A DNA stretch of 64,000 nt from Camelus dromedarius (taxonomy: Eukaryota), in the NCBI RefSeq assembly GCF_036321535.1, contig NC_087436.1:50842001-50906000 (forward strand), in the 5' to 3' direction. Shown here piece after piece: positions 11,921 to 25,210 of this stretch (within the stretch, counting starts at the first letter, position 1; the number at the start of each line of letters is the position of its first letter). The position numbers were made by a program, and so were the translations under genes. The notes below the pieces were generated by a model. The model searched no databases, was not told the origin of the DNA, and worked only from the letters and a program-made list of their open reading frames with translations.

Positions 11921-13880
11921 CTCTGTTGCCAGCCTTGAGTGTTTCATACGTGACTGTAGTTCCTATACAGAATCTAAACCTTAGGTGCCTGGAGAGCCTT
12001 TTGGGCTCCCTGCTGAAGGTTCATTTATTCATTCAGCCTACTGTAATACCACATACTAACATAGGCATTACAAGTGAAAAAAGAAACGAGCAAGACTCAG
12101 TTCTTGTTTGGTGGGAGGTCACATTCTAGTAAGGCTGCAAACCTCATTAATAAGCATATGACATAAAAGTGCTTAGACAAGGGGACACTTAACAGGAATG
12201 TTCTCATCTTCCCTGTGCAATTCCTTAGTGATGTAAGTTTGAAAAGGTTTTGTTAAAAAGAGGTATTCTCAGTGTGCCCGAATTAGAGAATACAGGTAAG
12301 TAAGAAGAAAACTTGGAAACCTGACTTCCAGAGATAACTACCTTTAAAATTTAAAAGTACACTATTTCCATTCAGAACACATTTATAAGTATTTAAATAT
12401 ACGGTTTAACAACTTTTTTATATTAAGTATTTCGTGACAATTTCGTATGCAGTAAACATATTTCTACAGACCATGTTCAATGGTCTTTTTAAATTTCGTT
12501 GTGTACATTTGCCAGCGTTTATAATCTATCACTTATTTTTGAATAGTATCTGATTCCATTTTTTCTATTCTTCAGTGAAGATCTTATTAGCTTAATTTTA
12601 GTTAGTGTGCATCCTTATCTTTTTAGACTAAAGTTTAGAAGTGGAATTACTGATCCAAAAGTATATGCATTTTATTTAGTCTTTTCATGTGTATTTCTAA
12701 GTTGTTCTTCATAAAAATTGTACCAGTTTTACATTTCCATCATTTTATCAGAGTGCTTATTTTATGTGCTAGATTTAGATATTATTTTAAAAAACAAAAA
12801 TAGAAACAATTTGCATTCTGTGAGGTTAAACACCTTTTGTTTATTTCATGTTTATTGGTGATTTGGGGTTACTTATTCATGTTTTTAATCATTTTTCTGT
12901 TGACCCCTTTAAATATAGATTTGTTAGACCTCTTGTTATGTATTTAAAAAAACTTCCCATTTGTTAATGATGTATTTGGTCCTATAGATGTTTTAAAGTT
13001 TTATATGTTGCAATCTTACAAGATTTTATTTCTTTTATCATTGTTTCTGTGTTTGGTATCATGCTTTGGAAGTAATTCCCTGTCTCCCAATTAAATATTT
13101 TCAGATATTTTCTCCTTTTAGTGTTTTTGTAATTCCTCTTTTGTATTTAAAATTTTGATCTATTTGAGTTTTTCCAAATGGTTAAACAGTTTTTTATATC
13201 TCATGATTTGAACAATTTCCCTTTTGTCAACTGATATAAAACATTACTTTTATCATATGTGAAATTCTCATGTACTGGTATAATTTTCTTATTCCTTCTT
13301 TTAAAGTTCTTTTAAAAAGAGTAATAAATGTTTAATGCTTATTGTCCAAAAAAATTGATGCAGAGAAATATAAAATATAAAGAAGCAGGAAAAAGCCAAT
13401 AAAAAGTATACTATACAGCAGAAGTAATCACTGTGAAACTTTTCATGTGTATCTTTCCAGATTTTTCTAAGTGTGTATACAAGCAAATATAATAACATAA
13501 GAATGAAGTCAATCCCTGGAATGGTTTGTAAGCTACTTCTTCACTTAAAATATATAGTGAACATCTCTCTAAAGCTATAAAAGTCTATAAATACAGATCT
13601 AGAATAATTTTAATAACTGCATAGACTCCATTATAAATATGTTCTTACTCAAAATCTACATTTAAAAACAGAAGAAAATATATTATAAATATATACATAC
13701 ATTACTAAAAATGGTAGGTACCAGATGCTTAGCACTTTCTCTCTAAATTTTATCGTTACTTTATATTCTTCACGTGTAATTGGGACAAATGTTCCGAGAA
13801 GGATATTTTTTAGATGTGTAAATTTATAAAATACAAGATTATATCATAGTAGCTATCCATGTGATTAACAAGTTAGTCTT

Positions 13881-14020
13881 TTTCTTTTTTCCTCTGTTTT
13901 TTTGAGGGGGAGGTAATTAGATTTATTTATGTATTTATCTTTGGAGGAGGTGCTGGGGATTGAACCCAGTACGTCAGGCATGCTAAGCATGCGCTTTACC
14001 ACTTGAGCTATACCCTCCCC
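13881..14020 (-). mobile_element. tRNA-Ala-derived camelid SINE (Vic-1-like)
   Basis: Reverse complement of GGGGAGGGTATAGCTCAAGTGG...GGTTCAATCCCC; TSD aacaa(g/a)ttagtctt at 13867-13880 and 14023-14036. Confidence 0.9.
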
Positions 14021-14174
14021 TCAACAAATTAGTCTTAATTATTCTGTCCAATGAGCTGCCATTCTGTCCAAGGAGCCATGAATCTGTTGACGAAGGCTCT
14101 AATATGCAGGTTAACACTCATTAAGTACATTCTAATAAAATATATACATCAATGTGGATAAATGTGTATATATA

Positions 14175-14440
14175 TATTTTTATTGAAGTATAGTTGATTT
14201 ATGTTTCAGGTGTACAGCAAAGTGATTCAGTTTATATATATATATGTTCTTTTTGAGATTCTTTTTCATTATAGGTTATTACAAGGTATTGAATATAGTT
14301 CCCTGTGTTATACAGTAGGACCTCGTTGCTTACCTATTTTGTATATAGTAGTGTGTATCTATTAATCCCAAATTCCTGATTTATCCTTCCCTCCCCCTTT
14401 CCTCTTTGGTAACCATAGGTTTGTTTTCTATGTCTATGAG
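14175..14440 (-). mobile_element. Short L1 3' end (artiodactyl-type)
   Basis: ttttattgaagtatagttgattt...ccctcccccttt...ggtaaccatag; similar to the 3' UTR of the L1 at 63-1528. Confidence 0.8.
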
Positions 14441-17292
14441 TGTAGATAAATGTATACTTTTGTACACTTTAAGTAGCCAAGAGGAAATTATCATGTGAAT
14501 ATACTTTTTAAAAACTTTATTTTGGTGAATTTCAAACAAATTTGAAAATAGAGTAGCAGAATGAACTTCCATTTCCCCATCATCCAGCTTCAGCAGTTCG
14601 TGGCTAATTTTGTTTTTTTCTCGTCAACTGTGCCACTCCTTATTTTGAAGCAGTCCTAGACATCACATCATTTCATCCTCAAACATTTCAGTGTGGCTTT
14701 CTAACAGCAATACCATTATCACTCATATGAATATTTTTGATGTGTTTCAGAGAAGGAAGTCCCATGAGTATGGTCCAAAATGACTAACCATAAATTTATT
14801 CTTAAAATAGAAGGTATTTTTTCTGGTTGCTACACTCACCTTCCACAGAGGACTTACAAATGGAATGTTTGACTTTATTTGATCATTTTATGTTGTGAAA
14901 TAATCTCAAAAGCCTCTAGAAAAGGAACCATTTAAAGGTCTGATTGTCTTCTTCTAAAAGTTTGACTGCTGAAACTGTGTGTGACATGAGAGAAGTTAAC
15001 CAATGACTCTGTATTTGAAATTTCAATTTGAACCAGAATAGTCATCAATTAATAACATTACTCAGCTTTTAGGAGTTGAGAACCATGAGGTTTTTCAGCT
15101 GTCCTTTTAAAAAAAGATATCTAAAAAAAAAACAAACCCTGATTCTTAAACCTGCACACGTGCTTCTTCATTTGATGCCACATGGGGTGTGGTTAGGGCA
15201 CGGGAGGGTTTGCTTCTCAGGGCCGCATACAGGGAATCAAAGGATCATCCAAGGGTTGGATCTTTAGGTGAGTGCCGGCTGGTGCGTGTCACATGGAAGT
15301 ACGCATAGTCACCCTCGCCTATGAAATTCATCTTCATATGCTATTTACTTGGTGCCTTCCATGTACAGCGCACTCCTTGGGCCTCTTAGGTTGCACTTGT
15401 TCGTATAATTCCCGCAACAGCTGAGGCTCAGAGAAGTTATGGCCTAAGATCGTGCACCTAGTAAATGGTGGGGCAAGGATTCAACCCAGATCTTCTTTTC
15501 ATGTCCCACACTGCCTGTTGGCAAGATGAATACATAGTAAGCAAAGGGAACAACTATTGTTTTAATTTAAAGATGTCCAGCGAAAACAGGGACAAGAGCA
15601 CAACATCCTTTCGTTCAAAATATACCACCCTAGACATCCCATTTGGTAAATTTCTTGATAAATGAAAGATTTTCTGAGGGTCATTCCATACATCACTTCT
15701 TCTCTCTTCTCTGTCTCTTGAAAGTCTGTTTGTTTCAGCCATCACCTCTGTGTCAGAATTGCTCAAATGCCTTCATCTCGAATTACCACTTCTCCTGGTT
15801 TGTAGCCAGAAATTTTGCTTCACTTTTCTACCTGAGTGTGTTCATGGTGTATTGAAACTCAGTATATCCAGATGTCTCTTCTCAATCCTCCCAATCCTTG
15901 GTTTCTTGTATTTCACCCATTTCTAACAAGAGCACCCATACTTTCTCAGTGAACGAGGCCCAGAATTTGATGCCTATTTTCTTTATTTTTCCTTCTCACT
16001 TACACTGCTAGTTGCTGGATCTTATAGGTCCAGCACATGGCATCTTGTCACCATTCCCTCCTAGTCATTTATACTGCTGTCCACCCGGCTTATTGTTTTC
16101 TTTTTTAAAAAGAGGTCAGTTAATTTTAATGACTTTTAGAAATAGGTAACGGATGTAATCAATAGAAAATTGGAAAGGTACGATATATAAAGAAAAGCCA
16201 GTCTCTTTCTATCCCTGATTCCTAGTTTTTTGGTTCCCTTCCACAGAAACAACCAGTGTTAACCAGTTTCTTGTGTAGGCAGTATTCATATATCTTGCGA
16301 TATACATCTATAAACATACAGAGACACATATCATATATAGATTTATATATATTTCTCCCTACCAATGATAGCATTCTGTGTATATTGTATACTGACTTTT
16401 TTCTTTACCTTAATGTATATTAGGCATCACTTCAGGTCAGTACATGTCATAGTGGTGATAAATACCATTTATTGAATGCTCACTGTGTGCCATGACTGGG
16501 TCTAAGTAGTTTCCATCCATCACCTCTTGCAAATACTGATCCTGGGAGGTGCTTTTATTATCCACATTCTAGAACTGAGAAAACAGAAGTATAGTGGTGT
16601 TGTACGAGTTTCACGGGGTTGGGCTTGGACTTGAACCCATGCCAAAAAGATTGCTCCCCACCGCTGCTTTTACCTGTCAGCTCAACGCCTCCTCCCGGCC
16701 CCTTCTCAGGGGCAGCAGCTGCACATGTGGTTCTGTTCAGCTGCCCAGCCTCGCTCCCGGAACAGGTGTGAGCTCCTCCGACCCTTCGTATCAGTCAAGA
16801 ATCTCTCTCCAGGCATTTCCCTCAACCTCGTGAGTTCTAGCCTGCGCTCAGGAGTAGGCTAAGAAACTGTCTTGTTTCCCCTTGTAATATATATACCCCC
16901 TTTAGCTCTTGCACTTTGGACAGAAAAGGAGTTTCCTTCTGTTGCAACCCCTTTTCACCTAGAGCTGTGTTAGATAGGAAAGCAGGATTATTAGTTTGAG
17001 GATTGTAGGAGAAAAATGATGTTAAGGCCAACCGCAGTGCTTTGACTGACTCATGAGCGTGGGCTCGGCTGTAGCCCTGCGCCCTCTGAAGGAAGGATCA
17101 GACACATCTGACGATGGAGAGATGGGGGTTCTGGAGATCACGGCTTCTTCAGGATGGAACACACAAATACCCTTAGGTACTTTGGAGTAGCTTAGCCTCC
17201 TCTGACTTTTTTTCCTTCTTATGTAATACTCGATACTTGGAAAGTTATATACACATGTGCATTTCTGATTTTGAAAGTCTAATAAATAAAAA

Positions 17293-17363
17293 CATTTTGT
17301 AATAGTAAAAAAAAAACCATTTTGTAATAGTAAAAAAAAAACCTTTTGTAATAGTCAAAAAAA
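17293..17363. repeat. 25-bp tandem repeat, about 3 copies (CATTTTGTAATAGTA10C)
   Basis: Two identical units (17293-17317, 17318-17342) and one degenerate unit. Confidence 0.9.
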
Positions 17364-18699
17364 GTCTGATAATTACATGAATACCCATGCACCTGCTCTC
17401 CAGTGTATGTATGGCCTGTATTCTCGGTACCACTGGGGGTTCCTGGCACCTACCCCACTCCCCACCTGGCCCTTCACCGGCCTCCCCCTAAAGGAAACAT
17501 ATCCTGAATTATCATTCTGTTGCTTTTTACAAGTTAAGGTTTTACCAGATACCTGTGTATCTTAATATATTGTTTAGTTTTGCTTGTTTTCAGATAAATG
17601 TTTTCTTAAACTTTATTTTTGCCTAAGTATCCAAGAAACAATATCTGTAAATGAAACAAAAAATTCCTTTTCTCCATGTCACTCCACGTGAAGAAATTCT
17701 GTCTGGCAGAGAATCAGCCATTGGACTAAAGCAGAGGGGGGAGTGGGAAAGCTACCACTGGTTGAGTCCTTCAATCTGTAAGTAGAAATAATAGATGAAG
17801 TTGAGAAGCTTACAGAGGGAGGAGTCGGGCGTGTGACTTGCATGGTCTGATGACACAGGGCTTGTCGATGTGCGACAGGTATGGTAAGTGTCAGTTATAA
17901 ACAGCTGGTTCAGGCCCCATGGAGCGTGTTTCTCTCCCAGCCTGCCCTTGGTAGGTAGCACTGACACTGTTAACAATGGATGGCACTGGTGACATTGATG
18001 GCTGTGTGAGGTGATGAGTAAGCACGTGGACGCAGGAGCCGGATTCCCTGGGTCTGAATCAGCGCCCCACCACTTCATAGCCATCTGACTTTGCGCCTTG
18101 GACTCTTGTTAGAAAATGGGGGTGATGATGCTGCTGACTCCGCAGGGTCACAGGCAGCACCCGATCTTATTATTGCTGTTGCAGAGATCATCTGGTATAA
18201 AAGCGTAGGTAAACGTGGAGTGAGGCACACAGTACAGTTGAAAAAATGCTGACCTTGGTGTCAGACTGAATTCATTTTGTTCTGCTTAGTTGTGTGACCT
18301 TAGGAGAGTCACTTCACCTTTTGGAGTTTTAGTTTCTTCCTCTATAAAATGGTATTTACTGCACATGTTTGTTACGAAGAGAAGAGTGTGTGTGAATGCC
18401 TATCTTGGAGGCTGATAGAAAGTAAATGGTCAACACGTGATACAAGTTACTGTCTTTAGGGTTCCTGGGTTTGCTTTAACAACTCAGCCACTTACATGGG
18501 TCCCTTCGTCATCAGACATAATGCTGAGCTGCTGTTTGCTTTAAATAGGACTCAGAATTTTAATGAACAAAGGGAATCAGACCACTTTGGAACCAAATTA
18601 AGTTGGTTGCTTAGCACTTGCAATAGTTATTATAAATATCACCTGAGTCTCTGCAACTTTTATTTTAGGGAGGGTAAGATATTTTCCCTTAGAGCAATT

Positions 18700-19150
18700 T
18701 TTTTTAATAGACTTTGGTTTTTTTGGGGAACCATTTTCAGGTTCACTGAAAACTTGAATGGAAAATACAGACAGTTCCCATATATCCCCATACATGTACA
18801 GCTACCCCGCTGTCAACACTCCACACCAGAGTGGTACATTTGTTAGCATCAATGAACCTTATAACACTGACCCATCATTATCACCCAAAGTCCATAGTTT
18901 ATGTTGTGGTTCACTCTTGGTGGTGTACATTCTATGGATTTTGACAAGTGTATAATGATACGTATCCACTGCTACAGTATCACTTGGAGTAGATTCACTG
19001 CCCTGAAAATGCTCTGTTCTCGCCCTGTTCATCCTTCTCTCCCCCTTAATCCCTGGCAACCACTGATCCTTTTACTGTCTCCAGAGTTTTGCTTTTTCCA
19101 GAATATCACGTAGTTGGAATCATACAGTATGTAGCCTTTTCAGATTGGTT
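18700..19150 (-). mobile_element. L1MC/MD-type 3' end
   Basis: Similar to 7020-7255 and to recalled L1MC 3' ends. Confidence 0.75.
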
Positions 19151-19974
19151 TCTTTCAAGGAAGAAAAAAAACTTAACCCTCTAAATTCTGTTTGTCTAGA
19201 AAAAAATGTGTCCAAGAAGATAGCCCTCTGGAGCTCAACACGCAGATTCCTTCAAGGAGCCGGGAGACAGGAAGGAGACCATCAGTCAGTCTCAAGGCTC
19301 AGCAGGTTGCCGTGCTGCAGCTGCGTTAGCCTCCCCACCTTCCTTCTCAGGATGTTTTTAACTATATTGGATGAAGTCCACAGTGTAGAGTTATCAGTTG
19401 GGCTGGGTGAGACACATGGGAAGCTAATAATTAGGTGCCTATTCAAACCTGCATCCTTAAACATTTACTCCTTTAATTCACTGGGGAGGCTGAGTCCCCT
19501 GTGTGAGGAAGAGAAGAGAAGGAAGTGAGTGGGCTCGGCCTGGCACACCCCATTTAGTAGAACAAAAGCTCACCGTTAACCAGACCCTAAAAGTCAGTTT
19601 AGTGATTACTGGTTATTATTAACTCTCATCAACCACTCCTTCCCCTGACGCTTATCAAAATATTTCTTCTCGTCAGCAGGGAAGTTTGTAAGTTTGGCAG
19701 TATTTGCGCTGCCTGTGTATTCTCTGTAGGAGATCCTTTTTGTGCTCACTTAGTAAAGCTGAGTGAAAAATAACTTTGTTAATGCTAAGTAAATCCAAGG
19801 AGTGGGAGTTTTGCTGACCTTTGGGCAGTGGAAGAGAAACATTCCCCCTGGAGGTCAGCTGGGATAGTGGCAGCAAAACACAAAGTGAGAACCACAGGGC
19901 GTGAGAGGCTGATGGCGCCACACCATCAGAAGTTCTGTCCTTCATTCTCTGCTGATACCTTGCAGGCTCTGTGT

Positions 19975-20460
19975 TTTTTTTTAAAAGTGTAATTGATTTA
20001 CAATGTTAGTTTCAGGTATATAGTAAAGCGACTCAGTTATACATATACATACATATATACATATATATTTTTTTCAGATTCTTTTCCATTATATGTTATT
20101 ACAAGTAATTGAATATAGTTCTCTATGCTGTACAGTAGGTCCTTGTTCTTTATTTTTATATATATTAGTGTGTATCTGCTAATCCCAAATTCCTAATTTA
20201 TCCCTCTCCCATCTTTTCCCCTTTGGTAACCATAGTTTGTTTTCTATGTCTATGAGTCTGTTTTTGGTTTGTAAACAATATTTGTATCATCTTTTTTAGA
20301 TTCCATATATAAGTGCGATCATATTATATTTATCTTTCTCTGTTTGACTTACTTCACTTAGTATGATAATTCCTGGGTCCATTCATGTAGCTGCACATGG
20401 CATTATTTCATTCTTTTTTATGGCTGAGTAATGTTCCATTGTATATATACACACATCTTT
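19975..20460 (-). mobile_element. L1 3' end
   Basis: Antisense L1 3' UTR, ending atgttccattgtatatatacacacatcttt. Confidence 0.85.
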
Positions 20461-20837
20461 ATTGTGTTTGGTTTTAACAAAGGAAGCCAGTCTTCATCTC
20501 CACACGTTTGCTGATTATGAAACTATGTAATATTTATTTCTCAGAGCTTGTTCATTTCAGGTATTTTGTTGGACTTTTTTTTCTACGTTTTAAAATATTC
20601 TTAGTATTTCTAGTATGCAAATGCCATGTCAACTTTGTTTGAAAGGTAATGGTCTCATAAATGGATGGAGCATTAGCCTTGTGGTTGGGATGTGCTGATA
20701 TATAAAATGTGTGCCCTTCTAGGCCAAGAGTTCATTAGTTTTTAGGTAATAAATAACTATCATTAATTATTTATTTCATGTTTATTTAATTCATTTATTT
20801 TTGCATATTTAATCATCTACCATCATTTTTTCAACAG

Positions 20838-20932
20838 GATCCTTACTACAGATTTAATGACCGTAACTACAGGTGGATTGCCTTGGATAACTGGACCTAC
20901 AGCAAGAACTTTGTGATTCCATTTGACACTGG
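20838..20932 (+). CDS. MANBA: MANBA exon 2 (95 nt; [32 protein letters not shown])
   Basis: Acceptor ttttttcaacag|GAT, donor GG|gtatgt; continues the exon 1 frame; DPYYRFND motif. Confidence 0.97.
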
Positions 20933-22929
20933 GTATGTATGTGTGTATATCTCTGTTTATATCAATATCTATCCATTTATTATTATTATTTGAACTTTTC
21001 TTCTTTTTCTATCTGCAATAATTTTTTGTTTGCTTAGGTTGCATATCGGAGTGTTCTCAGACTAAAGCCTGTAAAAGTGAATATATGATATATATTTCGA
21101 TTTGTGTATGAGGATGGTGCCACTGATCACTAGTCACAAAATTATGTTGTATTCAGTCATTTTTCCAGTCGTTATAATGATGTCACCTAGACCTAGTCAG
21201 TTCTTTTGCCATCATTTCCTTCCCTTGCCCTCCTATGAATCCGTAGAGTGTATATATTTATAATATTGTCAAGTAGGATCAGAGAGACACCATTTGTTTG
21301 GTGTGGTGTTAACCAGTCACTGAAACTATGGCATTGGCCTTATATTACATCATGAGGCCGTGAGGAAAAGCACAATACGGTTTTCAGTGATGTTCTAAGT
21401 ATCAGAATATAACCCAATTATATCTACCACCATTATTGTTAAATAAAAAAAACCCTTCTGTTCCTTTAATATTACTTCTTGTTGGTAATTGTTTACTAGC
21501 TTCTTAAAAGAGAAATAAAACCAAAATGTAGTGCTCAATATCACGGAATTACTGTGTTCTGGGCTCTTATTTCCGGATAATACTTAAAATATCTCCAATA
21601 GGGTGTCCTGCTTCACCTTGAACTCAGCATATCCAAAACTTAACCAGTTGACTTTCCCACTTAAAGCTTACTTTATATTCTAGCAGCCTTATTATTTCTC
21701 TTGATGTAACACCATCTTTCCAATCTTCCATGCCTAAGGGGCTTTTGGCTCATCATATCTTTCCTTCATCTCCCTGTATTTGGTCTGTTTCTGAGAACTA
21801 TTCATTTTTGCCTGTCATTTCTCTTGATTCAGCCTCTTCCTCCTCATTTCCACCTTTGCCTAGACCTTTATTAGTGAGTACCTGGAATGAGACCAAAGCT
21901 GCCTAACTCGATTTCTTGCTTTGTCTTTTTATTTTCCTTTTGTATGTGGAAGAAACATGTGATTTATCTTGATCCATCAGAATGCTGATTTTTACCATTG
22001 ATTCTTCCTTTTGATTGGCAGATCAAGTGTGATCTTCTCTGCTTATCTGTGAAAGTACTGCTTACTTGCCAATCCTGTACCACTTCCTGCATCTTTGCCC
22101 CCCCATCCCTCCCCAGCTCTAGGCAACCACTAATTTGTTTATTTCTGAATTTGTTTCTTCTGGAAATCTCAAATAAATGGAATTATACAATATGTAGTCC
22201 TTTGTGGCTGGCTTCTTTCATTTAGCATAATGTTTTGAAGTTCATCCATGTTGTCATATTCACCAGTACTTCATTTGTTTTTATTGCCAAATGCTATTTT
22301 ATTGTATAGATATATCACACTTTATTTACTCTTTTTTAAACTCTTGTTTTCTGCTTGAAGTCTTTCCTTATAGCAGGCTCTGATAGCACTTGTATCCAAC
22401 AAGACTGCACTACAAACTAGAAGAGGTTGAAAGCTTTGTCTGGTTTCCTGTGTTTTAGGCTTGAATACTAACCTGACTGCAGATTCCTTAAATTCAAAGA
22501 TTGTTTTAGTTTCCTATAAGGCTTAGCAGAGTACTGGGCACATATTTACTCACAGATACTTGTTAGTTGGTTAATGCGTTCTCTTAGTGTTGGTACATGT
22601 AATAATCTGTGAAAATGTTTTGTATCTATTACTTAACTTCGTTCTTATAAGAACTTTGTGAAGTTCTAGAAAAAAAGTCAAAGCATTTAGAAATTAGAAG
22701 GGTGCTCATAATTTTATGGTGATTGAAATTTTATGAAGAAAGATAAACTGGATCACTCAACATAAAAATGTATTAAACCAATACTTTTGAAAATTTCATT
22801 GGAAAATGCCTTTTAAGAATATATATATTTTTGTGAAACACTTTTTCCTTTCATTCTTAACTAGTAAAAAAAAAAGAGAGTTACCTAAGTTAATGTTTCA
22901 TACATCTTGTTTTAAAAATCTTTTTTTAG

Positions 22930-23035
22930 CGAATGGCAAAAAGTAAATTTGATTCTTGAGGGTGTCGATACAGTTACAAAAGTCCTGCTCAATGGTGTTC
23001 CTGTTGGGGAAACAGACAACATGTTCAGAAGATAT
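22930..23035 (+). CDS. MANBA: MANBA exon 3 (106 nt; [35 protein letters not shown])
   Basis: Acceptor tttttttag|C, donor TAT|gtaagt; GH2 EGVDT...LNG...DNMF motif; phase matches exon 2. Confidence 0.97.
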
Positions 23036-23867
23036 GTAAGTACCTAATGACATCAGGTTAAAAAGGACCACTTGTGTGTGTTTGTGTTCATTGTTGTCTG
23101 AGGGGGGAAGGTAAGTGCATGATTGCCCATGCAGGGAGGCACGAGCCCTTTGATGCACTGGGTAAGTAAGTTACTTTATTTCTCAGTTGCCACATTTGTG
23201 GAATGATGAAGACACTCCAGCCTGATGGAGTTATTGTGAGGATTTAAGGAGCTAATTATATAAAATGATCAGCACAGTTTTGGGCACATAGGAAATGTTT
23301 GACAAATCCCATTCCCTTCCCTTATTAATTGGTAATCCAGAGTTTCATGGGAAATGGCAATTGACAAGCAATTTTAAAAGAAAACGTTCCTTCCTTACTG
23401 GAACAGTTACCTTAAAAGCTTGTATCCTGAGCTCCCTTCCCTTTCAGGGGTAGACTTTTCAAAACAAAAATAACTTATGACTTAGAAATACATGCTATGC
23501 ATACCAGAGAGTCAGGTTATCACGAAGTGTCTAGGAAATCCTTGGCAATTCAGAGCCATGTGTAAATAGCCAGAGCAGACATTCCAAGGCTAAAGATAGT
23601 CTCTGCTTGCTCTGTTTGCCTAGGACCATCATCATCAGTAAAAATAGCAGGAGAAAACCTAGAAATCTACGTTTGGGTAGGAGAATGTACTCAGTTGTAA
23701 CTAAAAGCCAGCAACTAAGTCATACTATTTTGGTGAAGTGCTTTCTCCTGCAAAAAGTTTAAACCTAAATATTTCATTCTTTTTAATGCATGTTTCATAC
23801 ATTCTGCCTATAGCTAAAATTTTACACATGAGGCTACTTCCACATCTGTTCTTTCTTTATAATTCAG

Positions 23868-24038
23868 AGGTTTGATATTACACACGTGGTCAAAGCAGTG
23901 AACTTCATCGAGCTGTATTTCCAGTCACCAGTGATATATGCGGACCAGAGGAGCAAAGCTCACACAAGCTACGAGGTGCCCCCCAGCTGCCCTCCAAGTG
24001 AGCAGGAGGGCGAGTGCCATGTCAACTTTATTCGAAAG
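23868..24038 (+). CDS. MANBA: MANBA exon 4 (171 nt; [22 protein letters not shown]...[10 protein letters not shown])
   Basis: Acceptor aattcag|AGG, donor AAG|gtaatg; overlaps ORF 23886..24179. Confidence 0.97.
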
Positions 24039-24624
24039 GTAATGGTCCCACAGTGGGGGGCTTTAGCCTTGAGTATGGCATTCCAGCATATGAGATGCTT
24101 GTTTGAAGACTCCAGTTGTATTTCAGAAGTTGGGCATCTCTTTCCTGTCCCCTTAGTGGGAATTAAAAATTGGAAATAAGAACCAAAAGTTATATGAATT
24201 TTGTGGAGAATCTGTCTTTCTAGGTTTCCTTCTTGAGGCATGCTTCAGAACTTAGGTAATGTTGGAGAAAGAAGAAAAATAGGTGACTGATAATGCACCT
24301 TTACTTTAAAAAAAAAAAAAAACACGCAGGTTTATCAAACTTTTCACCAGACTGAAGGGTTCTTACCTATCTATCTGTCTGTCTGTTTATCTGTCTATTT
24401 ATCTTTTTGAAGGGTTCATATTTATGAGTGATCCTTGTTACTAAGAAGCCTTCTACAACTTTAGAATCTTTGTTGACATACCCGATATTTTTTGCTAGGT
24501 TCTCATAAAATCTAAGATAACAAAACTCACAGGTGATTATTTTTCTTTGAGTCTGATCTCAGGCTAGATGACTGGACTCATTGAATTAGTATTCTATGTG
24601 ACGTTTTGTTTTAGATTTAATTTT

Positions 24625-25210
24625 TATTAGAAAATTTCAATTGTGGTAAAATGTAATACAAAATTTACCATGTTAATTGTTTTAAGTGTACAATTCAGTA
24701 GTCTTAAATATATTCACACTGTTGTGAAAGCAATCTCCAGAACTTTTTTATCTTGCAAAACTAAAACTCTATACCCATTAAAAAAATAACTCCCCATTTT
24801 CCCCAGCTCTCAGGCCCTGGCAACCACTGTCCTTTCTGCTTCTGTGAATTTGACTCCTCCAGTTACCTCATAAAGTAGAATCATAGTGTCTGTCTTTTCA
24901 TGACTGGCTTAGTTCTCTCAGTATAATGTTCTCAAGGTTTATCCATGATGTAGCATGTGCCAGAATCTCCTTCCTTTTTAAGGCTGAATAATATTCCGTT
25001 GTATGCACATGCCACATTTTGTTTATTCATTCAATGTCAGTGAACATTTGGGTTACTTCCACCTTTTGGCTATTGTGAATAATGTTGCTTGTATATGGAT
25101 GTACAAATATCTCTTTGAGACCCTGCTTTTCAGTTCTTTTGGATTCTATACCCAGATGTGGGATTACTGGATTATATGATAATAATATTTTTAATTTTTT
25201 GAGGAACTGG
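24625..25210 (-). mobile_element. L1MB-type 3' end
   Basis: ttgtggtaaaat...aagtgtacaattcagtag...ttttaaggctgaataatattcc. Confidence 0.8.

Noticed and set aside
17293..17363. CRISPR-like repeat array
   Set aside because: Direct tandem units without unique spacers, in a mammalian intron
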